From NCBI RefSeq assembly GCF_006345805.1, contig NC_043017.1, positions 13,826,001-13,890,000 on the forward strand: a stretch of 64,000 bases of DNA, written 5' to 3'. The DNA is from Octopus sinensis. Its lineage: Eukaryota. The notes beneath the pieces were generated by a model. It was not told where the DNA came from. It saw only the letters and a program-made list of their open reading frames with translations, and made no database searches. The translations under genes and the position numbers were made by a program. This document shows, one piece after another, positions 38,110 to 52,200 of this stretch. Numbering within the stretch: the first letter of the stretch is position 1; each line of letters starts with the position of its first letter.

Positions 38110-38665
38110 CATTGAGTGAGAGAGCAGTGCATGCCATCAAAGTGACACTGGGGTAAAATATATGAAGCCCAGTATACCCATCATGACTACCCGTCTGATA
38201 AGGGTACACTAGGCACATGCATCACAACCATATTTGCGCGACATGGTGATCTCATATCAAGATAAACAGCACATGACCTTGCATGTGGGGCCCAGTTAGA
38301 ATTTTCTTCTGGTCGAGTAACCCATCCCGCTCAAAAGTTCCCTGAATAATGGTTGCTTAAGGATGTTGAACAAAACACCCATGTTTCCAGGGGTGAATTA
38401 TTCAAACCCCAAAGAATTCCTCTCAACACGTGGCTGTGATGCTCCCCCACTACTTCTGCTCGTGATCAGAGATGCACATATCATCTGCCTCTAAGGGACA
38501 TGGTCAACTGGTTACGGTCAAACAACTGACAAGCAAATCTGTGCTGTTGAGCAGAATATTTGCTGTAGACCATATTTCATACCAAGACAAAACAATGTAC
38601 ATGATAACACTTCCAATCAGTTAAGATCAGAAGCCATGAGAACCACTGCCTGGTACTGCATCTAT
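38110..38665. repeat. Unclassified interspersed repeat; second copy at ~51560-51985
   Basis: Both loci share GCCATCAAAGTGACAC...CAAGATAAACAGCA...GCTCAAAA...CAAACCCCAAAG and are bordered by (ATT)n. Confidence 0.75.
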
Positions 38666-38779
38666 TATTATATTATTATTATTATTATTATTATTATTAA
38701 GAGGCCTAACAGAATCATTGGCAGATTGAAATAATTACCAAGTCATCAAATTGCAGAAAGGGTCGTAGCTCGATTAATT

Positions 38780-40336
38780 AGGAAGAGATCCATACCAGGA
38801 AGAAGCACCACTGGGTGAGGCAACTGCAGAAGTACTTCGCCAAAAATAAACCTCTGTATTTGGCTTTTGTTGAACTGGACAGAGCCTTTGACAGAGTCCC
38901 CCTCTCCCTTATCTGGTGGGCAATGCAGAAGCTAGGGATAGATGAGTGGTTGGTGACTGCCATGTACAGGGATGCTGTCAGTAAAGTGAAAGTTGCCAAT
39001 GCGTATAGTCAGGAATTTAGTGTACAAGTAGGAGTCCACTGTGGATTGGTTCTCCGCTTCCTTTCGTTTATCATAGTGCTCCAGGCTATAACAGAGGAAT
39101 TTAAGACTGGCTGCCCTTGGGAGCTTCTCTGCACTGATGACCTTGTTCGTATTGCTGAATCACTACCAGAACTGGAGAAGAAATTTCAGGTGTGGAAGCA
39201 AGGTCTGGAATCAAAGGGCCTTACAGTTAATTTAGTAAAGAATGAAGTCCTTATTAAATGGGAAAGCAGATATATCACATCTCCTTTCAGCGAGATGGCC
39301 CTGCTTGATATGTAGAAAAGATATTGATAGAAACTCTATATAGTGCACCTAATGCAAGCTATGGACACGAAGTGCAGTAGTATCACTGGAAGACTAACAA
39401 AGAAAGTTGTCTTTACATGTAGAAGGTGTGCGAGTACATTAAACACCAGGAATGTACCAAAAAATAGACTCCCTCATATATCAGGGTGGCCCCTTGGAAG
39501 TAGTTGACAGTTTCTGTTATTTAGGTGACCAAGTTGGCTGTGGTGGAGGTTGTTCTGAAAACATAGCTGCCAGAATAAGAATGGGCTGGGCATAGTTCAG
39601 AGAGCTACTTCTTCTGTTGGTAACAAGGTGCCTTACCTTCAGAGTGAAGGGCAGATTGTATGGTACCTGAGTACTAACAGCTATGCTGCGTGGCAGTGAA
39701 ACATGGGTTATGACTACTGAGAACATGCAAAAACTTGAAAGAAATGAAGCCAGTTTGCTCCATTGGATGGGTAGTGTCAGTGTGCATATACGACAGTGTA
39801 AGTGATTTGAGAGAAAAACTGGCTACGTGAAGCATCAGATGTAGTGTGCAAGAGAGAAGACTGTGCCGATATGGTCATGTAATGCACATGATTGAAGATA
39901 GCTGCATCAAGGAGTGCTGATCTCTAATTGTGAAGGAAAACATGGAAATTAGTGGTGAGAAAGGATCTTCAGACATTGGACCTAGCAGAGAGGTGACAAG
40001 GGACTGGAACTTTTGGCTCTTTGCTGTGCTTGAAAAAACATGTCAAGCTAAGTAAAATTGTTGTTGTTCTTGCATTGCATACAGGCATGACCCCTGCATC
40101 CCTCTTCAACTGAGCAATCCTAATCCTGCAGGTTTGTGGGAGCTGGTACCACATAAAAAGCACCTGTGCTGGTGCCTTTTAGAAGCACCCATGCCAGTGC
40201 TGTGTAAAAGAACCCAGTACACTTTGTGGAGTGGTTGACATGCTGCCTGGGAAGCTCTTCAGCTTACCAGCTCCTGTCAAACCATCCAACCCATGCTAGC
40301 ATGGAAAACATGTTAAATGATGATGGTGATGACGAT
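38780..40336 (+). mobile_element. 5'-truncated RTE-clade LINE (RT domain, Cys-rich insert, C-terminus, 3' UTR, (ATG)n-like tail)
   Basis: LAFVELDRAFDRVP, GVHCGLVL, LCTDDL (YADD), VDSFCYLGD, GSETW, YGHVMHM; 3' end CCAACCCATGCTAGCATGGAAAACATGTTAAATGATGAT; many stops. Confidence 0.92.
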
Positions 40337-41299
40337 TAAACAAAATAGCTTACAGTATTTGTTCTAGTTTTTTGTGGTCAGAGTTGTTGGGTGGTAAACT
40401 TAACCCATAGCCTGCTTTAACACCATTATCTGGTTCTTGGCTCCTTTTAATGAAAGGCCCACTCTTTTGCAAGTAGGCTAGGTTTCTGGTTTGAGAATAA
40501 TTACTATTGTTTCCACTTGGAGGTCCTCAAAAAGCTATCCTGCATTGCCCTTCCCTCTCTTAATAAATAAATAATTTTTATTGTCCTCATTAGTCTAGGG
40601 TTGGTTGAGTATTAGTGGTTGTGGTAGGAAAGTTAGTAATGTAGAGAAGTTGAGGCTGTGGTAACAGAGGGAGAAGAAAAGCTCTTTGTTTGAAGGCTAG
40701 AGATTGTAATGTTGTGAATGTGTCCAGTTTCTTCCTTTGTTGTGTGTAATAGTAGTACCAGCACCACCTTCCTAGAGGTGGGAGAAGTTCTCTTTTAATT
40801 ATATTTCAGCCTTTTGGAATGAGTTATCAATTGATCAGTTCTTAAGTATTTCCTGACTGAAAAGGAAATCCAGTTTTAGTTGTGTTTGTGAAGTCATCAT
40901 GAAAGATACTCAGAGTTTTAAGGGTTTTTAGCTTTTGTAGTGTAACTGTACATGTGTATGAGTGTTGTGGATCAAGATGCAATTGTGTTAGAATGATTAA
41001 AAGTTAAGAAGTTTGCTTTGCAATCATAAGGTTCTGGGTTAAAATACTACTGCCTGGTATCCTCAATAAGTATCTTGTTTTTCATGGCCTTGGGTCAATT
41101 TGTGAATGAAATTAGGTCAATGGAAACTGTGTAGAAGCCTTTTAGATTGAGTGTACCTGCAATTAGAAGTTCCCAGTCATGTCACATACAAGATATATTT
41201 CAGAAGTTTTGAGACTTTTTCAGGAGAGACATTTATCGATTTCAAAGAAGTACAAAAATAAATGTAAAAATATGAATCATAAAAATAGACTGAGGAAAA

Positions 41300-41900
41300 T
41301 AATTTGGTTTGCCTCTGCTCTGTCTCCCTAAATATTAAAACTGTTATAGGCAAGAAATTTCAGTTTCTTTTAGATAAGCATTTCCTTGTAAAACACAAGT
41401 ACAGGAAAATTTTTAGCAGATGTTCAATATCATACAGCTGCTGCCCCAATATTAAGAAAATTATCACTTGTAAACATCTCCAAGATCCCACTTCCAGTTG
41501 TAACCGTCAAGACCCTGAAGCTTGCCCACTTGACCAAGCGTGTATGATAAATTCTGTCATATGCGAGGCAGCAGTCACAGCAATACTTCAAGATAATTTA
41601 ACTGAAAAGAGGAATTTCATCAGGTTATGCGATGATTTTAAACCACCTATCTCCTTTCTGGCACATTGACAGAAGTAAAGTTACTAAGTTGGTCAGCCTT
41701 GTATAGAGCTTGAAGAGCAACTCCACACCACATACAAGTCAAAGTGTAAAATTATTGAGAAATCCATGCCATATGTTATGCATAACTGAAAGATTGTACA
41801 TTCTTTGTAGATCTAAGAATCCCAGCACACTACTGAATTTCAGATCAGAAGTTATCAGCAAATGCAAACATATGGACAAACTTCTTTTGGTGATCTAGAG
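41300..41900 (+). mobile_element. Penelope-like element remnant (RT-to-GIY-YIG region)
   Basis: NIKTVIGKKFQFLLDKHF, ISYSCCPNIKKII, CPLDQACMINSVICEA, CHMLCITERLYIL and LLNFRSEVISKCKH match Penelope-like ORF C-terminal motifs as I recall them; frameshifted. Confidence 0.85.
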
Positions 41901-42319
41901 AACACCACCCTCGCCAGATAGAGCTACTGTCTCACACACTGTCTTGCACACCACTCTATTGAATCATTCTATAACTAGCTTTGTTATGGCTTTACAGTCA
42001 AAAGGGACATAACTCTAATTTTCTTTTTTTTTTTTCATTTCTTTTTCTGTTTTTTTTCTACCCTACCAATTTTTGCATCTACTTTCTTGCTTTTTCTCAT
42101 GATTTCTCTTATTCCAGCATCCCGGTTTGTAAATTGAATAGGTTTTGTGCTCAGAGCCTGAAGATTGCTTGGAGACACAATTGCCTAGACTCACCTTGCT
42201 AATGCATTAGTAGCTCATATCTTTATACTGTGCACATTAAATATTTATCTATCTCTCACTGGATGGAGTGCTTTTTCTTGATCTTAGCAGAAAAGTAAAC
42301 TATCCATACATACATGTAT

Positions 42320-42349
<30 letters not shown>

Positions 42350-42354
<5 letters not shown>

Positions 42355-42728
42355 ATATAAACGGCAGTTTGTCTGTGCGTGTTTCTGTGTGTCTGTTAGG
42401 TTGTACCCTCACCCTGACCACGGCTTTCAACCGATTCTGATGAAACTTGACACATACATAGCCCAATGTCGTAATTCAAAACTAACGCAGCGAAAACTTT
42501 GAAAAGTTCCCCCAGTTCTGAAAAAATCGATAAATTCGACATGGGGTCGAGAATCAGAAACACGAACCACAAACTGTCTAGGGGACACAACTCCACCTTT
42601 TTTAAATCTCAAAAAAAAATGTACCATCATTTTTTCCATTTTTTTGCTATCTTTTGGCTATAACTCTCTAAAAATGCTTTATAGTTATTTCCCTTACAAA
42701 CCTGAGCAACGCCGGGTGATACTGCTAG
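42350..42728 (+). mobile_element. Non-autonomous Helitron-like element
   Basis: 5' TC after A, 3' CTAG before T, subterminal imperfect hairpin CCTGAGCAACGCCGGG, GTCTGT-type repeats near the 5' end, no TSD. Confidence 0.75.
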
Positions 42729-43889
42729 TATATATATATATACACACACACACACAGACACACCTTCATATAACGTCTGTTTTCCACGCTGGCATGGGTT
42801 GGACAGTTTGACAGGGGCTGACCAGCTGAAGGGCTGTTTAGGCTCCATGTCTGTTTTCTAAAGCTGGATGCCCTTCTTAATGTCAACCACTTCACAGAAT
42901 GTACTGGGTGCTTTTACACTGCACCAGTATCAATGCTCTTTACATGGCACCAGCACCTACGAGCCCGCAAGATTAGGGATGCTTGGCAGGAGAAGGTTGC
43001 AGGGGACGATCCTACACATATTTAGGGTGGCGAGCTGGCAGAAACGTTAGCGCGCCGGGCAAAATGCTAAGCAGTATTTCGTCTGTTCTTTCGTTCTGAG
43101 TTCAAATTCCGCCGAGGTCGACTTTGCCTTTCATCCTTTTGGGGTCGATAAATAAAGTACCAGTTTCGCACTGGAGTCGATGTAATCGACTTAATCCCTT
43201 TGTCTGTCCTTGTCTGTCCCCTCTATATTTAGCCCCTTGTGGGCAGTAAAGAAATATATATATGTATGTGTATATGCTCACACATGTGCATAAATAGACA
43301 GTGGTGATTTCCTCCATGAATGCAAATTCCATATCAGATTTTTTTTATTGTAAACTAAAAGAGATGGAGAGTGTACATTGTATGTCGTTGGCCTTGATAA
43401 AACCTGTCAAAACATGCTCGACCAGCTGGACAGGTTGAACGAACAGATCCCTCCCTACACATATGCACCATACCATGGGAGAACCTCTAAGTGATTTATT
43501 GACTTGCTAGGAATAGCAGCAAGTTTCTCTTAAATCATTCTCCTACATTATATAAAAGGAAGGACACATTGAGTAACTTAATTCTAAGAAGACAGAATGG
43601 CCATGACTCAGAAAGCCTTTAGGAGTATAGGTCTGCTCTATGAACTGTGCTTAACATATTTACATATGGGGTCTAAAGGCAACCCCACTGGTGTTGGTGC
43701 CACTATAAATTTACTTTGTGTTAGGAAAGCATCCAACCATAAAAACCAAGCTAGATAAACAAGAAACAAAAAAGCTGTCTTAGCAACCATCCAACCCATG
43801 TCAACATGGAAAGTGGATGTAAAATGATGATGATGATGATGTTGGTCATGATTTAATATATATTCATATATTTTTTGTTCTTGTTGCAG

Positions 43890-44060
43890 GTAAAAGCGTC
43901 GTTTGACTTTGATCCGCAATACCCTGAGGAGTTGCAGCTACAGAAAGGGGAGATAATCACAGTTCTAGAAAAGAAAGATGAAAATTGGTGGAGAGGAGAG
44001 AACACTCGCGGAGTGCAAGGACTGTTTCCAGCCACATACGTTTGTGAAATACAGCAGTGA
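43890..44060 (+). CDS. GRB2: GRB2/Drk-family last coding exon (C-SH3): VKASFDFDPQYPEELQLQKGEIITVLEKKDENWWRGENTRGVQGLFPATYVCEIQQ*
   Basis: ttgcag acceptor, phase 0; SH3 motifs FDF, NWWRG and GLFPATY; TGA stop. Confidence 0.95.
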   Translation, partial: VKASFDFDPQYPEELQLQKGEIITVLEKKDENWWRGENTRGVQGLFPATYVCEIQQ

Positions 44061-45050
44061 GGTCTCTCGCTTGAATTGGCATCTGTTGTCAGAAGGCAAA
44101 AAAAAAAAAAAAAAATTATATTAAAAAAAGTGAAACCAAAGCAACAGCAACAATTAAAAAAAAGATTTTTAAAAAAAAGCAATCCCTGCCAATGCCACCA
44201 CCACCACCACCACCACCATCTGTCCTTCATAAACACATTTCACTGACTGACTGACTGACTGTCAGTATGTCTGTTTGTGTATCCAAGACTTTCTATTGAT
44301 GAGAGGACTACAGAAAACTGGGAGAAGAAGCAGTCACTTTTATATATATGTTCTCCTATTCGATAAAGTGGGGAGGTAAATGAAGGAGCAGAAGAAATTA
44401 AAGCCAAACTCATTTCAAGACAAACATCTTTGACAAACCCACCGCATTTTGCTCTCGAAACAGAATCACAGTTTCACAGTGGTACCCCTAAACACACCAC
44501 CCACCCACCCACACACACATGCACACGCATATGGGTGTGTGTTCATATATATATATTGTGCGTGTGTGTGTATATCTCTCTCTATATATATGTGTGTGTG
44601 TATAAAGAAAACTGAAAGAAAAAAGATGCCCTACACATACACAGCAACAGTCTATATACTTCTACTGCTACAACACAAATTCCTTGCCAAACGGCAAAAA
44701 CTGAAGGCCCCAATCATCTCACTGGTTTGTTGGGGGGGAGTGGATGAGGGTTGAAACATCTTCCTACCCCTTCCCTGTCCCCCCACCCCCTCCAGATTGA
44801 CTCCCACTATTGTATAATATCTCACTTTGCCTCCTACCCATCACCCCCCCACACCTCACTCCACACTTCAATCGCATTTTTAAAAATATTTTGAGAGACA
44901 ATGTTTTTTCTTTTCTCTTTTCAGACGAAATTTGCTTTATCTTAGTTTGTGTGTGTGTGTGTGTGTGCATGGATATGTATGTGCATATGGATATATTTGA
45001 CAGCTTCAGGATTGAATATATTTTGTAATTATTTTTATCTTTAATTATCA
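44061..45050 (+). other. Probable 3' UTR of the GRB2-like gene (end undefined)
   Basis: Follows the stop codon; no SINEs recognised; A/T runs and microsatellites. No unambiguous poly(A) site assigned. Confidence 0.45.
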
Positions 45051-45064
45051 TTACTGTCAGAAAC

Positions 45065-45103
<39 letters not shown>

Positions 45104-45979
45104 CATCATGATTGAATATCAACTTAGCTTTTAACATTAGGAGCAGAAAGCAGTGTTATTTACCAGGTACATGTCATGTCGCCAGGGGTCAGATAGACTA
45201 TACTCTTATCTGTGTTTGTGCCTCTGTAACAAATCAGGGGGTAGTGGACTGGACTGGACTGGCAGAATGGTAAGGGCAATGAACAAAATACTTCACCAGA
45301 TTTACTTCCAATCCTCTATATTTTCTGGGTTCAAAGTCATCAGTCATGTCTCTCCCTTTCTCAGATAAAATAAGTTTCACCCATGTAGTACTGGTGCTTG
45401 ATGTTATCATCTGTTCCTTCTTCCTCTTCCTCCCACAATTTGAGGCCTTGTGATTATTATTGTTTTTTATTGCCATCATCTCTGAGAGGGACGGCAGGGC
45501 AATGAGCTATTGATCAGAGTAGTGCATGTCTATCTTCTCCCTGTAGACACAACTTTGTTATTATGCAAGCTACTAAATGCTGGCTACTCTAAACTAATTA
45601 AGTCATGTGTAATTAAGAAGTTAATTGGGGGTTGGGGGGCATTCTCTTTTTTGTGTTTCTTAATCTTCTGACTGTATAGAACGGATTCTCTGTACCTCTT
45701 CCATCCTCTTATTTGTTTTCTGAGAGAGAGAAAGAGAAGAATTCGATGTAGAGAGAAGGCCGACCTATGTCAATTAATCCACTTGTTTCATATTCCATCC
45801 ATTTGTTTGTGTGAGGGAGATTCTCTCTCCTTTGTCAACCCCTAATCCTATTGACCCTTCATATACCCTCCTCCCACCTTGATGTGGGCACCTAAAATGA
45901 CATTCAGTGAAAAATTGTCTTCCTTCCAGACCCTGGGATTCATATCCTTGCTGAATTGCTCTGCAATGCAACCGCATAT

Positions 45980-46048
45980 ATACACATGCATACACATGTT
46001 TTATATATATATACATACATACATACATACATACATGTGTGTGTGTGT

Positions 46049-46080
<32 letters not shown>

Positions 46081-46164
46081 TTACATACATATATATATGT
46101 GTGTGGTATATATATATATATATATATTTACATACATACATATGTATATATATGTATATATATA

Positions 46165-46203
<39 letters not shown>

Positions 46204-46225
46204 TACACACACACATATACATATA
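45980..46225. repeat. Compound TA-rich microsatellite; pure (TA)n also at ~59122-59210 and ~63050-63140
   Basis: Direct reading. Confidence 0.95.
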
Positions 46226-49200
46226 GCATATGTTGGATTAGCCTCTTTTGTGAAAGGACCGTCACCTCTTCCAAAATGTGATTAGAATCTGCTTTCTAGT
46301 TTGGTATTCTTCAGTTTCTGCATGCATACACACACGCACAAGCAGACATAAACAAAAGCCGTGGGGGCCCAACAGACATAGCATCATTTAAAAAATACAG
46401 CTGATGACAGTAAACCTTGAACATAAAAGGTGTTGTTGTGTCCCTCTCATCAGCTGCCCTGTGGCCAATAAAGAAACTATAATTATTATTCTTAGAAGCT
46501 GTGGAGTGGCCCAGAAATGGGGAAATTGGTAGGTTAAAATGCCTTGTAGTATTTTAGTTTAAAAAAAACTTTGCTGCCGGGGTCACCCTTGCTTTTCATT
46601 CCCTCTAGGGAAGAGGTTTGTTGAGGGGGAAATGATTGGTTAAATAAGTTTTGAGTACTGTTGGGAGTGGGTGTTGATCTTATATACAAACCCTCTCTTA
46701 CCTTTCACTAAAACATTTGTGGCTTTTGGCCCAAACCTAGAAAGTTTTATTATTTTTTTAAAGCAAAAATAGACAAAATGCCTTGCTGTGCTTAGTTATC
46801 CCTTTTTTTCATATCCTAAGATCAAATCCTGCTGAGATCAACTGCATCTTTCATTCTTTTGGGAGGGGGGGGGGGGGGGGGTGTCGAAAAATGTAGAGGT
46901 AATCAATTATAATTAATCTTACCATCTAGAATGTGCGGCTTTGCGCTTCAGGGGCTAGCTGGCAGAATCATTAGCATGCTGGAGCGAAATTTCATCCGTC
47001 TTCACATTCTGAGTTCAAATCCCGCTGTGGTCGACTTTGCCTTTCACCTTTGTGGGGTCAATAACATAAGTATCAGTTGAATACTGGTGTTGATGTAATC
47101 AATTTACCTGCTTACCTAAAATTACTGGCTTTATGCCAAAATTTGAAACCCTTATTATTATCATTTTGAGCTTTTAGTGTTTGTGGAAAGAAAGGACTTT
47201 TCTCCTTTTTGTTCTCTCCATACCCTTACTCTTTATGCATATGTGATTACATAGACATGCATATACATTCCCTACACACACTCATACATACATATATATA
47301 TATATATCTACACACTCTCTATGCACATGCCTATTCATACACTTCTTGTGCACCTACATACACTCTCACTCTACACGTACCCAAACATGTATATATACTC
47401 TCATTGTTTCTTAAATTAAGATGCTTCACCTTGTTAGGGACAACAACAAACCCTTTGTTCTGAGGACGGTGATGGTGTGTTAGACATGGTAATGTCAGAC
47501 TGAGTAAAGACTTGCCAGTATTTAGTGACGTCCCTTCACAATTCTGAGATCAAATCCCGCCACAGTTGACTTTGCCTTTCAACCCTTCCAGGTCCAATTC
47601 AAAAATAGATAAAAGGTATCACCCATGTATCCCTGGGCCCTCATTCAGTTCACTTGGCTGTATAACCATCACCCAGTTCCCCCTCCCCCCTAACACCACT
47701 ACTCTGTGGACATTGTGCAACCCTATTGAGAAATTATTCGTTGTTGCAGTAGAAACAGAGAAGAAATTTAATACGATGTGGTGGTCTGTAGGGGATTTTA
47801 TTTTAGTTTTACTGCTCCCACTTTTTCTAAACTCAGGTGAAGTCATTAACACAACAAATATTGCAACTTTTAAACAAATTAATTCTCATTTATATGGCAT
47901 TCTTTTTTTAAAGGTTTTTTAATTATTTTAATTTAAACTTAGATTTAAAAATTTTTTTTAGTAATTTTCATTTGCATTTTATTTTTGTAATAATAATTAT
48001 TATTATTATTATTATTATTTCGCCAAGCTTAAATTGCATTACTAGTATGTTAAAATGCTGTTAGATTTGTTAAAGTGTTAGCTCTGTGAAATCTGATATA
48101 TTCAATGTTTGGTTGTTATGCGTTCTTGAGGAAAAATGTGTTACTTCTCTGTGTTTCTCTCCAACACAGCACTCTCTGGACTTTAAAAAACGTTTATTCT
48201 GCACAAGTCCCATTGTCATGGACACACATAAATGTGAGAGTGGATTCACTGGCAAATTTTTGAGACATCATTGCTTGGGATTTACCAATATTGAGGGTAT
48301 TGGGCTGACTAGCATGTTGTTTTGGAGTTATTTACATTGTCAAGTGGAACAGGATGGAACAGTCAGTTGGACTAATGTGAGCGGAGGGAAGGTGTTGAAC
48401 AAAGCTGAACAGTTCTTGAGTGAAGAAGTTTGCTGCTGTTCTCGAAGAAGGATCAAATATAATTTTTTGAAATATGTTTTGTAGATAAAATATTAAAAAA
48501 AAAAGAAAGAAAAAAAAACTGCAAAAAGAAGTGGTGGTGGAATGAGAGAGAATCAAAATGAAATGCTGGTTCTTGTCCATATTTAATGATTAACAACAAC
48601 CTGGCTCTGTAAGTCTGAAACTGTTTTGATTTGCATCTAATTAGACTTTCTCTTCCATTTTATTGTGATCAAATTTTAAAGAAAGAATATGAAAGAAGAA
48701 AAAAAGAAAACAAAACAAATGCAAATAAACTGTGAAAATGGGGGAGGAGAAAAGGCAGAGATAAATTGTTGAATGATGAGAAGACTTGAATCCATTTCTT
48801 GAGATGAAAAAAAAATCTGGTTTCATGGCAAAATAGACACCATGTCAGTTACTGATCCATGATTGATCATGCTGTCGGTAACTCGTTTATGGCAACATTG
48901 ATTAATGAGTGACCATGCTGTTTAAAGTATGCTGCAACACAGTTTAACATAAATCTGAAGTTTTCAGATTTTGGTACAGTCACGTGTGCCACCGTTTTGA
49001 CAGAACTCTGTGACTTGATATTACAATAAAATAAGGAAATTACTTGAAAAAAGACGAATATTTTGTGGGAGTGAACTGTTACTAACCCCTCCATGTCTCC
49101 CCTCCCCTTCCCCCTGTAAACATACATCCTTAGAGGGTGGGGAGCTTTTCTCAGCTTCTCCTCCCTCTTCTTCCCTTCAACATTCTATCAAAATGTTTGT

Positions 49201-52200
49201 TTCTCTCACAAAAAGAAAGCAAAAAAAAAAACCAAAAATCAGCTTCCCCCCTCCCCGTCCCCCCACCACACAATGTCATTTGATTGGTAAAGCACAGCAA
49301 CAAACAGCTCTGGGAAGAATTTCAATGGGAGGGGCTGGGTTGGGTTGGGTTCGGGTTCGGGTTGGGTGGTGTTTTGTGGAATTAAGTGAAAAATAGACGA
49401 AAACAAATAAAAATGAATTCCACTGCTATAATGTGAGCTGTATCTGTTTATATGTGATGATGATGATGATGACAGGATTGTATTTTAATGAGAAAATATC
49501 TAAAAAAATTTTCTTCATGGAATCTGTAAGAGTTCTTTCTGATGGTTGTACACAGAAATAAAGTTTTTAAAAATTGCTACAAACACAATGATCTGAGCGA
49601 AAAAAGCAAAAACAAAACAATTTAATGAAAAAAAAAAAAGTTTGTGCTAAACAACAAATATTAATTTCTCTTTTTAAAAAAAAAAAAAATATATATATAT
49701 ATATATTCCAATGGTTCGTTAAAAATTCCATGTTAAACCAAATCTATACTGCTGAAAGTCTGAAGGTGGTGTAGATTTTTACAATGGAAAATATCCATTC
49801 TAAGAGCTTCTTTTTGTTTATTTTTGTTTTGTTTTCTCTCTATCCTTCCCCCACCTCTCTCTCTCTCTCTTTCCCCCTTCTCTTTTTTTTTTTCCGAAGA
49901 AATGTCTCGGAGGGAAAAAAACAATGATATTAAATTCAGCTGTTTTTTTTTTTATTTTTTGTTTTTTTTTAACTGCTTTGGACTAGTGTTATATAGAACT
50001 GCATCTCTGGTATGTGCATGCATGCATGCATGTGTGTATGTGTGTGTATATATGTATGTCTGTAAGTGTGTAAATAAACTTGCTGCTATAGTTATCTGAT
50101 ATGCTCTTAGGCCAATATATATATATATATATATATATAAACATATATATATATATGATATATTCACTGAAAGGAAGAAGGAAAAAGAACAATAAAAACC
50201 CTGTACTGTTGATATTCTGCTTTTTATTTTGTTCTTTATTTACTATTTCTTATTTTGTATTGATGGATCAAATGAGGCATGAATAGAATTTTTTTTTTTT
50301 TTTAATGTCTAAATTTTTTTTTCTTTCATTTTAGAAATCTTGTGCCTTTTTTTTTATATCTCTCACCTATGCCGATGCTCAACATTCCAATTTTCTCTCA
50401 ACACTTACAATGCTACGTCTGCTTTTATGCCCACATTGTTGTTATTATTATTGTTATCATCATTATTATTATTATTATTATTAATGTGTTTGTTAGCATG
50501 CTGGACGAAATGCTTTATGGCATTTCATCTGTCTTTGTGTTCTGAGTTCAAAATTCCGTTGAGGATGACTTTGTCTTTTATCCTTTCGGGGGTCAATAAA
50601 ATAAGCACCTGTGGAACACTGGGGTTCATACAACTGAGTTAGATACCCACCCCACCCCACCCCATCCCAAACTCGCTGGCCTTGTGCCAAAATGTGAAAC
50701 CAATACTGTATTCAAAATCAAAGGCAGCAAGCTGGTATGCCAGGCAAAATTCTTAGTGGCACATCATCTGTCTTTATGTTCTGAGTTCAGAATTCCACTG
50801 GGGTCGACTTTGCCTTTCACCCTTTCTTGGTCGATGTAATTGATTTACACCCTCCCTCCAAATTACTGGCCTTGTGCCAAAATATGAGACCATTATTATT
50901 AATGTGTGCCAATCCTATTTGGCTTGGCTTTGCCTTTCATCCTTTCAAGGGCCATGGGTTGAAGGCAGCAAAAATGAGTACCCATCAGAAACTGGATGGT
51001 TCAGTTAATCAGCACTTTTATCCCTTGTAGGCTTGGATTTATGTTAAAAAGCTATGAGTTCAAATCACACCAAGAGCAACTACACTTTTCATCCATCTGG
51101 GGCTGAATAAACAAAGTACTGGTCAAATACTGCAGTCAGATTAATTAACCCGTTTTCCTCCTACCTCTGTGCCAATGTTTTAGAATATTGGTTTCAGATT
51201 TTTGGCACAAGGCCAGGAAATATGCTTTAAAGTATTACAAGTGTTAATGGTGGGCTTTAAAGACTCAGTAGGGCTTTTATCAAAATCCATTGTGACATTT
51301 TAGTTCTTTACATGCTGAGTTCAAATCCTGCTGAGGTTAATTAAAGTGATTCAAATTCCTTTCTTCCCCCCACCATTTGCAACATTGTGTCAATTTTAAA
51401 TTATTTTTATGAGGTTGAAACCTTGCCAGGTCTTAGTTTGCATCTTTCAACCTTTGATAATTAACTGTTAATTAGTTTTGGTCAGTATAACAATCACTGT
51501 GTCCCTTTAACCAATGTTAAAGGATGTACGTGTAGCTGTGTAACATGGTGTTGTTATTATTTAGTGAGAGCAGCACATGCCATCAAAGTGACACCAGGGT
51601 ACAAATATACAAAGCCCAATATACCCAGCATAACTACATGTCTACACTGGGAATGTGCATCACAACCATATGTGTGCAACTTGGTGATCTCGTATCAAGA
51701 TAAACAGCATTAGAATTTTCTTCAGGTTGAGTAGCCCATACTGCTCAAAAGGTCCCTGAATAAGGTTTAAGGATGGACATAACACTCGAGTAGCTTATCT
51801 TGCTCAAAAGGTCCTTGAATAACGGTTGTTTAAGGATGATGAACGAAACACCCATGTTTCCAGGAGTGATTTCTTCAAACCCCAAAGATTCCTTTCGATA
51901 CATAGATATGATGCTCCCCATTACTCTTGCTCATGATCAGATGCATCAGCCACTAATGGACATGCTCAACTGGTGAAGGTCAAACAAATTTATTAATATT
52001 ATTATTAAGGTTACCACATGTAGCACATGCAAAACAAAATGCTTATTAGCATTTGTTCTGGCTTTATATTTCTAGTTCCAATTTCATAAAGTTCCACTTT
52101 GCCTTCCATAATTTCAGGGCTAGAAAACTAAGTACCAGTTAAACACTGAGTGGGGTTGAAGTAATTGTCTAGCCCTACTACCAAAATTTCAGGCCTTCTA

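Noticed and set aside
42150-42195. CTGAAGA downstream of the Penelope remnant
   Set aside because: There is no GAAA; the position is suggestive but it cannot be called a ribozyme.
48086-48484. 132-aa plus ORF containing CESGFTGKF (EGF-like look)
   Set aside because: The Cys spacing does not fit EGF, no splice context was found and there is no recognisable homology; likely chance.
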